A stretch of DNA of 45,525 nt. Source: a virus (taxonomy: Duplodnaviria > Caudoviricetes). Within the stretch, counting starts at the first letter, position 1; each line of letters opens with the position of its first letter. Both the position numbers and the translations under genes were made by a program. Under the pieces are notes generated by a model. It was not told where the DNA came from. It saw nothing but the letters and a program-made list of their open reading frames with translations, and did not search any database. Where the stretch lies: positions 1 through 45,525 of IMG/VR virus record IMGVR_UViG_3300017700_000628. One strand, written 5' to 3'. Positions 18,721 through 27,304 of the stretch are shown piece by piece.

Positions 18721-20388
18721 TCACGCACTGGCCCCGAGGATTTGCTGCAGGGCGTTCGATCCGCCGCCCACGTCAGTCTCGGAAAGAAGCTTGGCGCCCC
18801 CAGCGGCCTGTTGCATCTGGGCCATCGCCTGCTCGTTTTGCGCTGCTTCAGCCCGGCGTGCGGCGTTCTCGGCAATCTGCTCCCGCGTCTTCATGTCTCG
18901 CGCGGGGACTCCGATGGCGTCGCCGTAGTTGCGGACGAGTTCGGGCCAATCAGGAATATCGGCAACCTCGGGGATAAGAGCGGCGATGTTGCCGATAAGT
19001 CCCACCCACCGCTCCGTGGGGATGGCGGCCACGGCACGCTGCGCTGTAGATAGGATTGAGACGTACTGAACTTCGAGCGGGGCACCAGCGATCTCCTCGG
19101 GCGCGGGCGGGAGCATCCCGCTGCGGAGCATGATGTTGAAGATGCGGTTGATGGCTGGGTCGAGGGCTTCGTTTTGGAACCGCTCGAGTACGGAACCCAA
19201 CAGAACCAGCTTTTCTTCCCGGCGCGCATCGATCTCCGTCGCCGAACGAACGGTGTCAAGCTGGGAGATCATGTTGAACAGAGGGTTGTGGAAGATTTCC
19301 CGGATGCGAGCGCGAACGTCCAGGATGTCGGCGGTGATTTCGCCGAGAGGTAGCTGGATTTGGTACGCGGGACGGATCGCAGCATTTTGGTTTTGCCCGG
19401 CCACGAACGTGATACCTCCCGGCATCATGGCGGTGGGCCGATGCTGAAGCTGAATGTCCGCCACCATAGGGGGCCGCATCATGATGTCCAGGCCCTGCGC
19501 TTTGCGTTTCGTTTCGTGCTGAAGCTGGATGACATCGCCCAGGGCGTCACACGCGGGGGAAGTGCCGTAGGCATCGTTGGCCGTAAGCTCCCACCGAGGG
19601 AAGATGCCGGGAATTTCGTTGAACCCGGACTGGTCAAGGACGTTACCGTCGCTGACAGCGGTTTCCCAGTACGTCTCGCGGTAGGCGAACTTCCGGTTGA
19701 CCGTGCTCTGCCCATCGTCGTTCGGCTGAATGAGGTGGCAGATTTCGACCGGGCTGAGAAGCGAGGCGCCGCCTCGTTCCCACTGATTTTTCACTGCGGC
19801 CGAGACGTTCTTGATCCCCCACTGCCGAACGACCTGCCCCACGGTCATTGTGTACTCGCGAGCGAAGGTGTCCACGGAAAGCCGGGGGGACTGGCCCAGG
19901 TAGTATTCCCCCAGCGCGGGGTTGTAGCAACGGAAGACAGACTCTTCGTCTTCGTAAATCAAGTTGGCTGCGGTGCCGAAAACCGACAAGTCGAGGTAAA
20001 CGATGGCGAGGGAGTTGTAGAAGTTGGTCTCGGCCATGACCATGAGCATCCGGCGAGTTACTTCGTCGACCCACAGGCGGGCAGCTGTGTTGGGCGTGTC
20101 GGTAAAGCCAGGGACACGAAGAGAAAACCACGGCCGGCTGGGGGACGTGATGCCGTTCATCATACCTGCGGCAAGGACGCGGGCCGCAGTCGTGCCGGTG
20201 CCGTCGAGGATGTTTGGATTTTTCGCCTCGCGGGTGCGACGTTCTTTGTCCGACTGAAGCCAGACGTACCGCTTCGGGAGGTAGAAGTCGGCAAGTTCGC
20301 GCCACAGCTTCCACCAAGGATAGCGGGCCTGCCGTAGCCCGGCCATCGTCTCGACAAGCTTTTTTGCTTCAGTGTCTTTGATCTTCAC
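18721..20388 (-). CDS. Portal (head-tail connector) protein, 555 aa
   Basis: LAAGMMNGITSPSRPWF, DLSVFGTA, SATEIDARREEKLVLLG and VQYVSILSTAQ are T7/BPP-1-like portal motifs. Confidence 0.92.
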   Translation of the reverse strand: MKIKDTEAKKLVETMAGLRQARYPWWKLWRELADFYLPKRYVWLQSDKERRTREAKNPNILDGTGTTAARVLAAGMMNGITSPSRPWFSLRVPGFTDTPNTAARLWVDEVTRRMLMVMAETNFYNSLAIVYLDLSVFGTAANLIYEDEESVFRCYNPALGEYYLGQSPRLSVDTFAREYTMTVGQVVRQWGIKNVSAAVKNQWERGGASLLSPVEICHLIQPNDDGQSTVNRKFAYRETYWETAVSDGNVLDQSGFNEIPGIFPRWELTANDAYGTSPACDALGDVIQLQHETKRKAQGLDIMMRPPMVADIQLQHRPTAMMPGGITFVAGQNQNAAIRPAYQIQLPLGEITADILDVRARIREIFHNPLFNMISQLDTVRSATEIDARREEKLVLLGSVLERFQNEALDPAINRIFNIMLRSGMLPPAPEEIAGAPLEVQYVSILSTAQRAVAAIPTERWVGLIGNIAALIPEVADIPDWPELVRNYGDAIGVPARDMKTREQIAENAARRAEAAQNEQAMAQMQQAAGGAKLLSETDVGGGSNALQQILGASA

Positions 20389-20576
20389 GACGCACCCCCG
20401 AGGAGAGAAATCTTCGCTGTCTTTGGCTTCCGGGCAAGGCCCTGCGGTCCGGTCATGTTGTAGCTTTCAGCCCCTTTGGGCGTCGAGTCTACGGAGACGG
20501 GGGCGGGCTGCGCAAGCTGAGCGGGCGTCGGTGGCCGAGGGGCCGGCGGGAGTTTGGGGCGGGAGAACAAACTCAT
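20385..20576 (-). CDS. Small Pro-rich virion protein, 63 aa
   Basis: Pro-rich with an SLLG C-terminus, translationally coupled between terminase and portal. Confidence 0.6.
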   Translation of the reverse strand: MSLFSRPKLPPAPRPPTPAQLAQPAPVSVDSTPKGAESYNMTGPQGLARKPKTAKISLLGGAS

Positions 20577-22072
20577 AGCGCAATTCCTTCATACGGGTTG
20601 TAGTCAGGGATGGTGGTTACGGGCTCGATCCCAAGCTGCCTGGCGTAATCATTCTCATCGACGTAATCGTAGTGGGGGTAGGCGAAGGTGCAGGCGAGGG
20701 CGTCAGCTACGTTGGGCGAGGCAACGCCACGGCGACGCATATCTTTTTTGGACTCGAGCTGGATTTCTTCTTTTTGATTAAGGCCGTAGCTTGGGCCGGT
20801 AAGCTCATCGACGAGGGTGACTTTCTCGCCTGTGCTGAGGGCGGGGATGCAGCCGGTGCGGAGCCAATCGCGCATGGCGCCCCAAATCTCGGCCCGCTTG
20901 TTTGCGTACTTCGCTCCGTCGTCCGGGTTAAGCCCGTCAGCTTTTGAACCGAAGTCGACGCCCATGACTGGGATACGGAGCTGCCGCAAGCGGTCAACAA
21001 CGCCACCGCCTACGCCGCCTTCATCGACCATAGCTACGATCGCCCGATTGCGGTGGAAGGACGCTGCGACACGGGCGGCGGTTTCCATAGTCGAAAGGCC
21101 GGGGAGAATTTCGACAGGGCGACTTTTCGCATCCCGGCCGCAGCGCGGGTAGATGACGGAGGGGTCGTCACCGAAACGGCCGACGTCAACTCCGAGGACT
21201 ACGTTGCCCGAGGCGGGGACGATCTCACGATCGACAGCAGTGGACGCAAGGTCGTACGAAATGTAGCTTGTCGCGTCGATGCGAGGGAACACGCCACGGA
21301 CACGGACCCGAACGAAGTCACTGTCTTCGCCGTAGTCGTCCACCCATTTTTGAATGAGCTTTTTGTCCGTGATCGTGACGGACCGGCTGTCAACGGCGTC
21401 GGATAGCCAGCGGTGGGCGAACCGGCCGCCTGGGAAGCATTCACGGAACCGCCCCTTGTTTTTCGTAGGGTTGCCGAAGACGGCCCAAATGATTTGAGTG
21501 TTCTGGTCGGTCAACGCGCCTTCGGTGACCTCCCAAATGATGTCCGGGATGGCCGAGGCCTCGTCGAAGACAATGATGATCCGCTTACCCTGATTGTGCA
21601 GACCAGCGAAGGCTTCCGTGTTACGCTCGCTCCACGGCACCATGTCGATCCGCCAGGTGCGCTCGTGCTCCGGGTCAACGGCGAAAAGGGCGGTGGCGGT
21701 TAGCTTAAATAGGGCTTTACCGATGAAAAGGCGGTGCCACTTGGCAAGCTCGGCCCATGTCTTTGTTTTGAGCTGGTTTTCCGTATTCGCCGTGACTACG
21801 CCCTTTGTGTCCTCGAATGTGCTGATGGCCCAAAGGATGATCCAGCTTACGAGCGCGGACTTGCCGATGCCGTGGCCGGACGTTCGGGCGAGCTGGATGG
21901 CTTCGCTTGCGTTAATCACCCCCCGGCCAAGGTCAATGAGGATCGCCTCCTGCCAAGCTTCGGGGCCAGTCCGACCTGCGAGTTCGCCCGGCTCTCCCCA
22001 GGGGAAGGAGAAAAACACGAACCCGAGGGGGTCGGCCGTGAAGTCGGCAAGCTCTACAATTAGGTCGGTCAT
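20573..22072 (-). CDS. terL: Terminase large subunit, 499 aa
   Basis: Walker A SGHGIGKS, Walker B IIVFDEAS, GNPT, nuclease motif LGVDVGRFGDD, and SPNVADALA. Confidence 0.95.
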   Translation of the reverse strand: MTDLIVELADFTADPLGFVFFSFPWGEPGELAGRTGPEAWQEAILIDLGRGVINASEAIQLARTSGHGIGKSALVSWIILWAISTFEDTKGVVTANTENQLKTKTWAELAKWHRLFIGKALFKLTATALFAVDPEHERTWRIDMVPWSERNTEAFAGLHNQGKRIIIVFDEASAIPDIIWEVTEGALTDQNTQIIWAVFGNPTKNKGRFRECFPGGRFAHRWLSDAVDSRSVTITDKKLIQKWVDDYGEDSDFVRVRVRGVFPRIDATSYISYDLASTAVDREIVPASGNVVLGVDVGRFGDDPSVIYPRCGRDAKSRPVEILPGLSTMETAARVAASFHRNRAIVAMVDEGGVGGGVVDRLRQLRIPVMGVDFGSKADGLNPDDGAKYANKRAEIWGAMRDWLRTGCIPALSTGEKVTLVDELTGPSYGLNQKEEIQLESKKDMRRRGVASPNVADALACTFAYPHYDYVDENDYARQLGIEPVTTIPDYNPYEGIAL

Positions 22073-22623
22073 TCGATAACGAGGGTCCGCTGCTGTACCC
22101 GGCGACGGGCGGCTTCAAGCCTGGAGGCCATGTCGACGTTCAGGTTTACGTTCGTCTGCATGGACTGAGGGCCGTGGCCGGTACGGTCCGCTCCCATCTT
22201 GATGATGTCGAGCAGGGCGTTGGTCGAGACCTTTTCCGGTTCATCTTCGAGCCGGTCCGCCAGCTCGTCAAGGGCCGTGGACGAAATGCCAGCAAGCTTC
22301 TCGTGCATGTCCCGGTAGACCTTCGTCACGTCCTCGCGGTAGAACGAAAGAAGCTCGATGAACGCAGGGTCCGTCATCAGGATGCTGCAGCGGTTGAGGG
22401 TCAGCCCGACCATAACCGCCGCCTCACCGATCGGAGTGCCCGCCGCGAGGTTCCGGGCCAGGGCGTGATGCCGGTCTGTCAACCGCTTGACCGCTGACAC
22501 AGCATTCGCCGCCGGATGGGGCACCGCAGCGAGAAGCTCCAAATCCGCGCGCACCAGCGGCCGGACTACATCGGCCCGCACTGTCGTTCGCGTGTTTCCG
22601 TTCAGGTTGAATATGTCTGCCAT
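22069..22623 (-). CDS. Probable terminase small subunit
   Basis: HTH-like N-terminal half followed by a helical region. Coupled upstream of terL, with ATG at 22623 and a GAGG RBS. Confidence 0.65.
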   Translation of the reverse strand: MADIFNLNGNTRTTVRADVVRPLVRADLELLAAVPHPAANAVSAVKRLTDRHHALARNLAAGTPIGEAAVMVGLTLNRCSILMTDPAFIELLSFYREDVTKVYRDMHEKLAGISSTALDELADRLEDEPEKVSTNALLDIIKMGADRTGHGPQSMQTNVNLNVDMASRLEAARRRVQQRTLVIE

Positions 22624-22672
22624 GTGACCTCTCGCCAGCAGCTTACCACCGGTTCGCGGGGAAGGCAAGGGC

Positions 22673-22702
22673 CATACGCTTACAGCCGGTAAGCATACAT
22701 AC
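22673..22702. promoter_or_regulatory. Quasi-palindromic phage site, copy B (CATACGCTTAC-AGCCG-GTAAGCATACATAC)
   Basis: 50 bp upstream of the first late gene. 26/30 identical to 34455-34484. An extra inverted half-site GTATGTATGC lies at 22722-22731. Confidence 0.7.
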
Positions 22703-22925
22703 TTGCACTGGTACGGATGATGTATGTATGCAGGTTGGAATGGGGTATTTTTGTCGAAGGGCTAAGTATACGCGATGGCCCCCCGGCACCGGCGAAAGGC
22801 CCCCCTCCCCTTCGGGCAAGATTGACGACAGGTCGTGGGGGTGGGTGGGTGACTTGCAGCTGCCGGTGATCTGCCCGCCGATCAGGTCCGGGCGAAAATA
22901 AATGCGGGCAAGGTGAAAATAATTA

Positions 22926-22956
22926 TTGACAAGGCAGCTTGGCCGTGTTTTATGGT
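22926..22956 (+). promoter_or_regulatory. Putative sigma70 promoter for the early arm
   Basis: Perfect TTGACA at 22926 preceded by an AT-rich tract. The -10 is ambiguous (TTTTAT at 16-bp spacing or TATGGT at 19-bp spacing). Confidence 0.55.
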
Positions 22957-22995
22957 GGTCACGGCGCGATTGTGCGGCGGATGATGGAGTCTAAA

Positions 22996-23223
22996 ATGGT
23001 TGAAGTCGCTTTTTGGCTGGTGTCCACGCGCAATTCCACCGCGCAGCCACAACTTGCAATCGCGTTGTTTTCACCGGATTTCAAGGAAGCACGTGCGCAA
23101 GCTGTTAAAACCATGCAAGAAATTCCGGCATGGTCATCGTGGGCGATGATGGAGGCTGATCAGAAAACAGTGATTTGTGAGTGGAAAACAAAAACACCGC
23201 TTGTCGAAGTTATTTCGGTGTGA
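22996..23223 (+). CDS. Early hypothetical protein
   Basis: ATG at 22996 follows the GATGGAGTCT leader. Ends EVISV. Confidence 0.7.
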   Translation: MVEVAFWLVSTRNSTAQPQLAIALFSPDFKEARAQAVKTMQEIPAWSSWAMMEADQKTVICEWKTKTPLVEVISV

Positions 23224-23293
23224 TAATGGTTGTTTGCACCGTACGCGGTGCATTCATCCGCGATCATGCGGAATTTTGAAGATGGAGTCTATC

Positions 23294-23794
23294 ATGTCTG
23301 TTACCCTTCCCACGGCTCTCGAAATTGGCAACGCGATCTTGGCCGCGCAGTTCAGCACGACGATTGCCAAGACTGAAACCCTTCCGATTAACATGAACGA
23401 GTTTCCGCTTGTGGCCATTATGTCCATGCTGTCGCATGGGGCGCAGCGCAAGTTTAACGACGCGACAGGCGGCGCTGACAAGTCGGCGGCGGAAAAGGTC
23501 AGCATTGCCAAGGCCATGATTGCCGACTTCAAAAATGGTGTCGTGGCCAAGCGCGGCGAAGGCGCGACGACGGATCAGCTGGATGCGCGCAAGGCGATGC
23601 GTTCGCTGATGTCGCGGGCAGATGTGAAGACGTTGAACGAGATGGAGCCCGTAGCGCAAATCAAGAAGCTTGACGAATTGATCGCGGCCAATGCCGATAT
23701 CGTGGCTGGCGTCGTGGCTGACAATCGTGCCGAAGCTGCCCGCGTTGCGGCGCGGAATGCCGGACTGGTTGGCAAGGTTAAGATCAGTCTTTAA
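23294..23794 (+). CDS. Early helical hypothetical protein, 166 aa
   Basis: ATG follows the GAAGATGGAGTCTA leader, and a terminator follows the gene. Ends VKISL. Confidence 0.8.
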   Translation: MSVTLPTALEIGNAILAAQFSTTIAKTETLPINMNEFPLVAIMSMLSHGAQRKFNDATGGADKSAAEKVSIAKAMIADFKNGVVAKRGEGATTDQLDARKAMRSLMSRADVKTLNEMEPVAQIKKLDELIAANADIVAGVVADNRAEAARVAARNAGLVGKVKISL

Positions 23795-23800
23795 CCTTTT

Positions 23801-23829
23801 GGGGCGGCGCGAGTCGCCCCTTTCTTTCT
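23801..23829 (+). terminator. Rho-independent terminator
   Basis: GGGGCGGC-GCGA-GTCGCCCC stem-loop followed by TTTCTTTCT. Confidence 0.75.
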
Positions 23830-23847
23830 CAAAAAATGGAGTGTGTC

Positions 23848-24093
23848 ATGAATGAAGTTCAAAAGCTGCGCAATGAAGTCGAGCGGCTGAGTGCGCAAGT
23901 GGCGGATATGAAAGCTGTCGAGATGACTCGCGAAGTCGCGGCTGACATTGCCAATGGGATTATGGTCATCCTCGGTAATACCGCTTATGAAAACTGGCCA
24001 AAAGTGGCCAAGATCGCCGCAAGTTACACAGGGCGTAAAATGCCCGCCAGCTTTTCGGTCTATCTTAACCTACTGCCGCATGCTGATAATTAA
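23848..24093 (+). CDS. Early hypothetical protein with N-terminal coiled coil
   Basis: ATGGAGT leader at 23836, ATG at 23848, terminator downstream. Confidence 0.7.
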   Translation: MNEVQKLRNEVERLSAQVADMKAVEMTREVAADIANGIMVILGNTAYENWPKVAKIAASYTGRKMPASFSVYLNLLPHADN

Positions 24094-24116
24094 CCCCAGC
24101 CACATACGGACAGAAT

Positions 24117-24147
24117 ACCCCGGCGAAAGCTGGGGTTTTTTGTTTTT
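24117..24147 (+). terminator. Rho-independent terminator
   Basis: ACCCCGGC-GAAA-GCTGGGGT stem-loop followed by a T tract. Confidence 0.8.
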
Positions 24148-24310
24148 GGCGTATGGTCCCGCGTGACGGGTGGCAATGCGGCGGGCAATGCGGCGTAAGA
24201 TCGCGCGTGGCGCAAATGCCGGGGGTCAGGACGGCCGAAAGCCTTTCGCCGGTATGCAAACCCACCGCACGCCTTTCGCCCGTCTACGGGCCTTACATCG
24301 CGAGTCCGTG

Positions 24311-24665
24311 ACATCGCCCTATCGATAGCTGCTACCATGCGCGCTACTTTCCGCTACCATGCCCCGAACACCCCTTGCCCCCTCTAACACGTGGTTTGGC
24401 AGAGGACGACCATACCCGGAGTTCGGTATGTATGCTTACACAATGGAGGCGTACATACCCACCTCCTTCGCACTTTTTTCCTTCAGTAGAGATTTTTTTT
24501 TTTAGAAAATTTTGGGGCAAAAAAGGGAGGCGGGGAGGGGCACCCCCCTTGGCAGCGAGGGTATGTACGTCCTCACCCAAACTGCGTAACATACCCCCCA
24601 AGGTGTCCTTTGGGCATGGTAGCGGATTGTAGACGGTACGGCAGCGGCTAAGCGTAGGGCGATGT
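24311..24665. repeat. Long imperfect inverted repeat (107-bp arms) around a T-rich core; candidate replication origin
   Basis: Arms 24311-24417 and 24559-24665 align ungapped about centre 24488. Perfect blocks of 11 bp (24311-24321/24655-24665) and 15 bp (24350-24364/24612-24626). T11 at 24493-24503. No credible CDS. The origin assignment is inference. Confidence 0.75.
24426..24460. promoter_or_regulatory. Quasi-palindromic phage site, copy C (reverse orientation)
   Basis: GTATGTATGCTTAC-ACAAT-GGAGGCGTACATACCC. Its reverse complement matches 4551-4585 at 29/35. Confidence 0.65.
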
Positions 24666-24697
24666 TTCCACCGCGCCGTGTCATCTACATATGGCTG

Positions 24698-24726
24698 TTG
24701 CGGACCTTACCAGTTTGTGATAATAT
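24698..24726 (+). promoter_or_regulatory. Putative sigma70 promoter with extended -10
   Basis: TTGCGG-N17-TAATAT with TG at 24718-24719, upstream of the small-gene cluster. Confidence 0.6.
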
Positions 24727-24800
24727 CCATTTGGGCCGAATTGCGCCCGGACTTTTCCCGTCAACTGGTGGCGCGGAAACCTGAAGATGGAGTCTTCAAA

Positions 24801-24962
24801 ATGACAGTGCGTAAGATGATCGTTACCCTGGCCGTTCTTGGCGTCAGTGTGCGAAGGGAAAGCGGCGGTTTCGCCCTCTACCGTGGCCGGGCACGCCGTT
24901 GGGCCGCTGACCTTGCGTCAGCATTCGACGAAGGCATTGACATGGGAGCAAGCGGGCTGTGA
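24801..24962 (+). CDS. Early hypothetical protein, 53 aa
   Basis: ATG follows the GAAGATGGAGTCT leader and is coupled to the next ORF. Confidence 0.65.
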   Translation: MTVRKMIVTLAVLGVSVRRESGGFALYRGRARRWAADLASAFDEGIDMGASGL

Positions 24963-25192
24963 ACACCAACGGCATTCCTGAATATAAGCTGACGCCGTGT
25001 GAAAGCGTCACGCGTCCGGCCCCGCTGAAGCAGTCCGAAGCTGACCTGATCGAAGCACGCATACTTACTCGGCGGTGGAAAGCGCGGGGTAACAGCATTT
25101 TGCTCAGCGTCGGTCAGCATGTCGCGGTCATGTTGGAAAATGCCCTGACGGTGGCCGAGGCGCGGATTAAGGAATTGGAGAGCAAGCTGTGA
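24959..25192 (+). CDS. Hypothetical protein
   Basis: GTGA start/stop overlaps with both neighbours. Confidence 0.6.
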   Translation: MNTNGIPEYKLTPCESVTRPAPLKQSEADLIEARILTRRWKARGNSILLSVGQHVAVMLENALTVAEARIKELESKL

Positions 25193-25389
25193 GAGCGTTC
25201 CCAACCTACTTGACCTTTGCAGCGATCATCACAACGATCGCGGCCCTGGCCCTGACCTTCATCGACACCTCGCGGTGGGCGGAAGGAAGCAGGGTTCTTT
25301 TCGTCTACGGCACGACCGTAGTGGGGATTTTTGGCCTGCTTTGCTTTTGGCTGGCCCAACTTTTGAAGGACAACGCAGATGAAGGCTAA
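25189..25389 (+). CDS. Small membrane protein (2 TM)
   Basis: Two hydrophobic segments, coupled to neighbours. Confidence 0.6.
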   Translation: MRAFPTYLTFAAIITTIAALALTFIDTSRWAEGSRVLFVYGTTVVGIFGLLCFWLAQLLKDNADEG

Positions 25390-25702
25390 GGAAGTTTTGG
25401 TTCAGGCCAAAAAGCTGATTTCGGACCCCGCGCATTGGACCCAGCGGGTCTCGGCGAGAAATGCCGAAAATGCCGTCTGTCAGACTGACAGCCCCGATGC
25501 TGTATGCTGGTGTTCATACGGTGCAGTCTACAAGATCGGCGGCGAACTTGACAGCTATGAAGCCTACGGCTTGCTCACGCTTGCTGCTGGGAGCATGGGC
25601 AAGGATTGGGTGACTGAGGTCAACGACGACGGCACCCACGCTAACGTCATGCAGATGTTCAGCATCGCAATCGAACTGGCAGGAGCTTCCGATGAAGGTT
25701 AA
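25379..25702 (+). CDS. Paralogue 1 of the WTQ..AR...AVCWC.YGA family (DUF6197-like)
   Basis: LISDPAHWTQ...AVCWCSYGA is shared with the next ORF and with 26990-27304. Confidence 0.75.
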   Translation: MKAKEVLVQAKKLISDPAHWTQRVSARNAENAVCQTDSPDAVCWCSYGAVYKIGGELDSYEAYGLLTLAAGSMGKDWVTEVNDDGTHANVMQMFSIAIELAGASDEG

Positions 25703-26057
25703 AGACGTACTGCTAAAGGCCAAAAGCCTGATCGCCGACCCCGCGCATTGGACGCAGGGCGTTTATGCGAGAGATGCTGAAGGGTTTGACGTCGGCCCAA
25801 ACAGCCCCACGGCCGTATGCTGGTGCAGCTACGGCGCGATCGACGCGACTGCCCCGGACTTCACAGCCGAAAACACAGCGGCGGGGACTTTCCTGAAAGA
25901 CGCAGCCTTGGCGCTGTTCCCCACGTCCGTTCCTTGGCGGGCAGACGCGCCATTCAACGTCTACGGCCCAGTCGACGTGAATGACAAGATGACTCACGCT
26001 GATGTCATGCGTATGTTTGACAAGGCAGCGGAACTGGCAGGAGAAGACAATGCATAA
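25692..26057 (+). CDS. Paralogue 2 of the DUF6197-like family
   Basis: LIADPAHWTQGVYARDA...AVCWCSYGA...VND..THADVM.MF. Confidence 0.75.
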   Translation: MKVKDVLLKAKSLIADPAHWTQGVYARDAEGFDVGPNSPTAVCWCSYGAIDATAPDFTAENTAAGTFLKDAALALFPTSVPWRADAPFNVYGPVDVNDKMTHADVMRMFDKAAELAGEDNA

Positions 26058-26451
26058 CGAACAACTCACCGAGGCCCTTCGGCGGCTGCTTTCTGCGGTC
26101 GAAGGGCTGCAGTATGCCGGGGCGCGGATAGAGCAAGCGGTGATAAACGCCAAAGCAGCCCTCGTGGCGGCAGACGCCGATCGTACCCGCTACCTCGACC
26201 TCACCCCGCTCGCCCAGCCGCCGGTCCCCACGTACAGCGTGGCTGAGCCGGTTGACTTCCCCTTGGGCTGGACCCCTGACAGTCCCCGTTACCTCGCGGC
26301 GGTCGTCCACAACGGCGAGGTCTACGTCTTGCCGAACATCTACCATCTCAGCCGCGCCACGGCCACGTACACTGCGGAAGAAGCCCTCCGCACGGCCAAG
26401 GCATTCGCAGGTTTTCCTCTTTCCAATTGGGTGCGCCGTGTTTCGCTGTGA
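26050..26451 (+). CDS. Hypothetical protein with DFPxGWTP motif
   Basis: ATG at 26050 after GGAG. DFPLGWTPDSPRY resembles 27301-27546. Ends RRVSL. Confidence 0.65.
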   Translation: MHNEQLTEALRRLLSAVEGLQYAGARIEQAVINAKAALVAADADRTRYLDLTPLAQPPVPTYSVAEPVDFPLGWTPDSPRYLAAVVHNGEVYVLPNIYHLSRATATYTAEEALRTAKAFAGFPLSNWVRRVSL

Positions 26452-26674
26452 AACTGTTGAAGATAAGCAGCGAAATTTCGACATCGCTGACATCATGCTG
26501 AACACTGTGCTTGCGGGGGCGGCGCAGGATTGCTGTTGCCTGCCGCATTACTACATGAGCGTCACGCTGCAGGCCGAGAGCATCAAGCGGCTGATGCCGG
26601 AAGACGAACTCCTTCGGGTGGATGCGGAAATCATCCGCCTGCTCTCCAAGGTCAAGGTGGTGGTGGCGAGATGA
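26438..26674 (+). CDS. Hypothetical protein
   Basis: GTG start overlapping the previous gene fills the gap in the operon. The start is uncertain. Confidence 0.5.
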   Translation: MFRCETVEDKQRNFDIADIMLNTVLAGAAQDCCCLPHYYMSVTLQAESIKRLMPEDELLRVDAEIIRLLSKVKVVVAR

Positions 26675-26832
26675 GTGAAAAACCAACGACGACAGCGGTT
26701 AAGGTCGAAGAACTCCTTCGATTGCTGAAGATCGAAGAGGCGGCGAAGAAGTTCCTCGCCCGCTACGAAGTCGATGACACAGCCGGAATACGGCTGGCGT
26801 ATCGGCAGCTGCATTCGGCGTTAAACGAATGA
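26671..26832 (+). CDS. Hypothetical protein, 53 aa
   Basis: ATGA overlaps on both sides. Confidence 0.55.
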   Translation: MSEKPTTTAVKVEELLRLLKIEEAAKKFLARYEVDDTAGIRLAYRQLHSALNE

Positions 26833-26993
26833 CCCAGGCCGAACTTGTTCTCATCTGGTTCGCCGCGTCCCACGCGTTCAGCCATGCCCGGCAACAGCCC
26901 GGCGTGACCTCGTTCAACTTTGTCGTCTTCATCATCCTGCAGTGCATCTGCATCTACATGAGTATCAAAACCCTGATTGGAGCATGGTCATGA
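26829..26993 (+). CDS. Small hydrophobic protein, 54 aa (not in ORF track)
   Basis: Translated by hand: MTQAELVLIWF...FVVFIILQCICIYMSIKTLIGAWS. ATGA overlaps on both sides. Confidence 0.5.
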   Translation: MTQAELVLIWFAASHAFSHARQQPGVTSFNFVVFIILQCICIYMSIKTLIGAWS

Positions 26994-27304
26994 AACCCAG
27001 TGAAAAAATCGAAGCGATTAAATCGCTCATCTCAGACCCGGCAAGGTGGACTCAGCATGTAGCTGCACGAGACGCTCAAGGTCTTGAGACCCATGCAACG
27101 GACGAAAATGCTGTGTGCTGGTGCGTTTACGGCGCGGGAGCAAAGCTTCGTTTCCCGGTGCTGTCGTTTTACACCTACATCGAAGAGGCGGCGAGGGATA
27201 TGGTCGGGATTGGAGGAGTTAGCATGAACGACTCCTTACCGCATGACAAGGTTATGAGCGTTCTCGACCACGCAATCAAACTAGCAAAAGGAAAAGGCGC
27301 ATGA
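26990..27304 (+). CDS. Paralogue 3 of the DUF6197-like family
   Basis: LISDPARWTQHVAARDA...AVCWCVYGA, with GGAG 7 nt upstream of ATG 26990. Confidence 0.75.
   Translation: MKPSEKIEAIKSLISDPARWTQHVAARDAQGLETHATDENAVCWCVYGAGAKLRFPVLSFYTYIEEAARDMVGIGGVSMNDSLPHDKVMSVLDHAIKLAKGKGA

Noticed and set aside
339-20337. Long plus-strand ORFs such as 339-1538, 16566-17861 and 19360-20337
   Set aside because: They are antisense shadows of well-supported structural genes in GC-rich DNA and have no recognisable motifs.
22837-22850. G-quadruplex at GGGGGTGGGTGGG
   Set aside because: Only three clear G tracts, so it is not a canonical intramolecular quadruplex.
24344-24684. ORFs of 60-85 aa across the inverted-repeat element
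   Set aside because: They have no convincing RBS, give low-complexity translations through T11 and G/C runs, and overlap each other on both strands. The region is better explained as non-coding.
24150-24700. CRISPR mini-array associated with the Cas4-like nuclease
   Set aside because: The direct repeats are only 10-12 bp in two copies, without a repeat-spacer period. The nuclease sits in an ordinary exonuclease-Sak4-SSB recombination module.
22986-24795. GANTC (CcrM) sites inside the early leaders as a methylation switch
   Set aside because: GAGTC is simply part of the GGAGTCT leader, the host is not established, and complementarity to the 35086-35102 loop explains the motif better.
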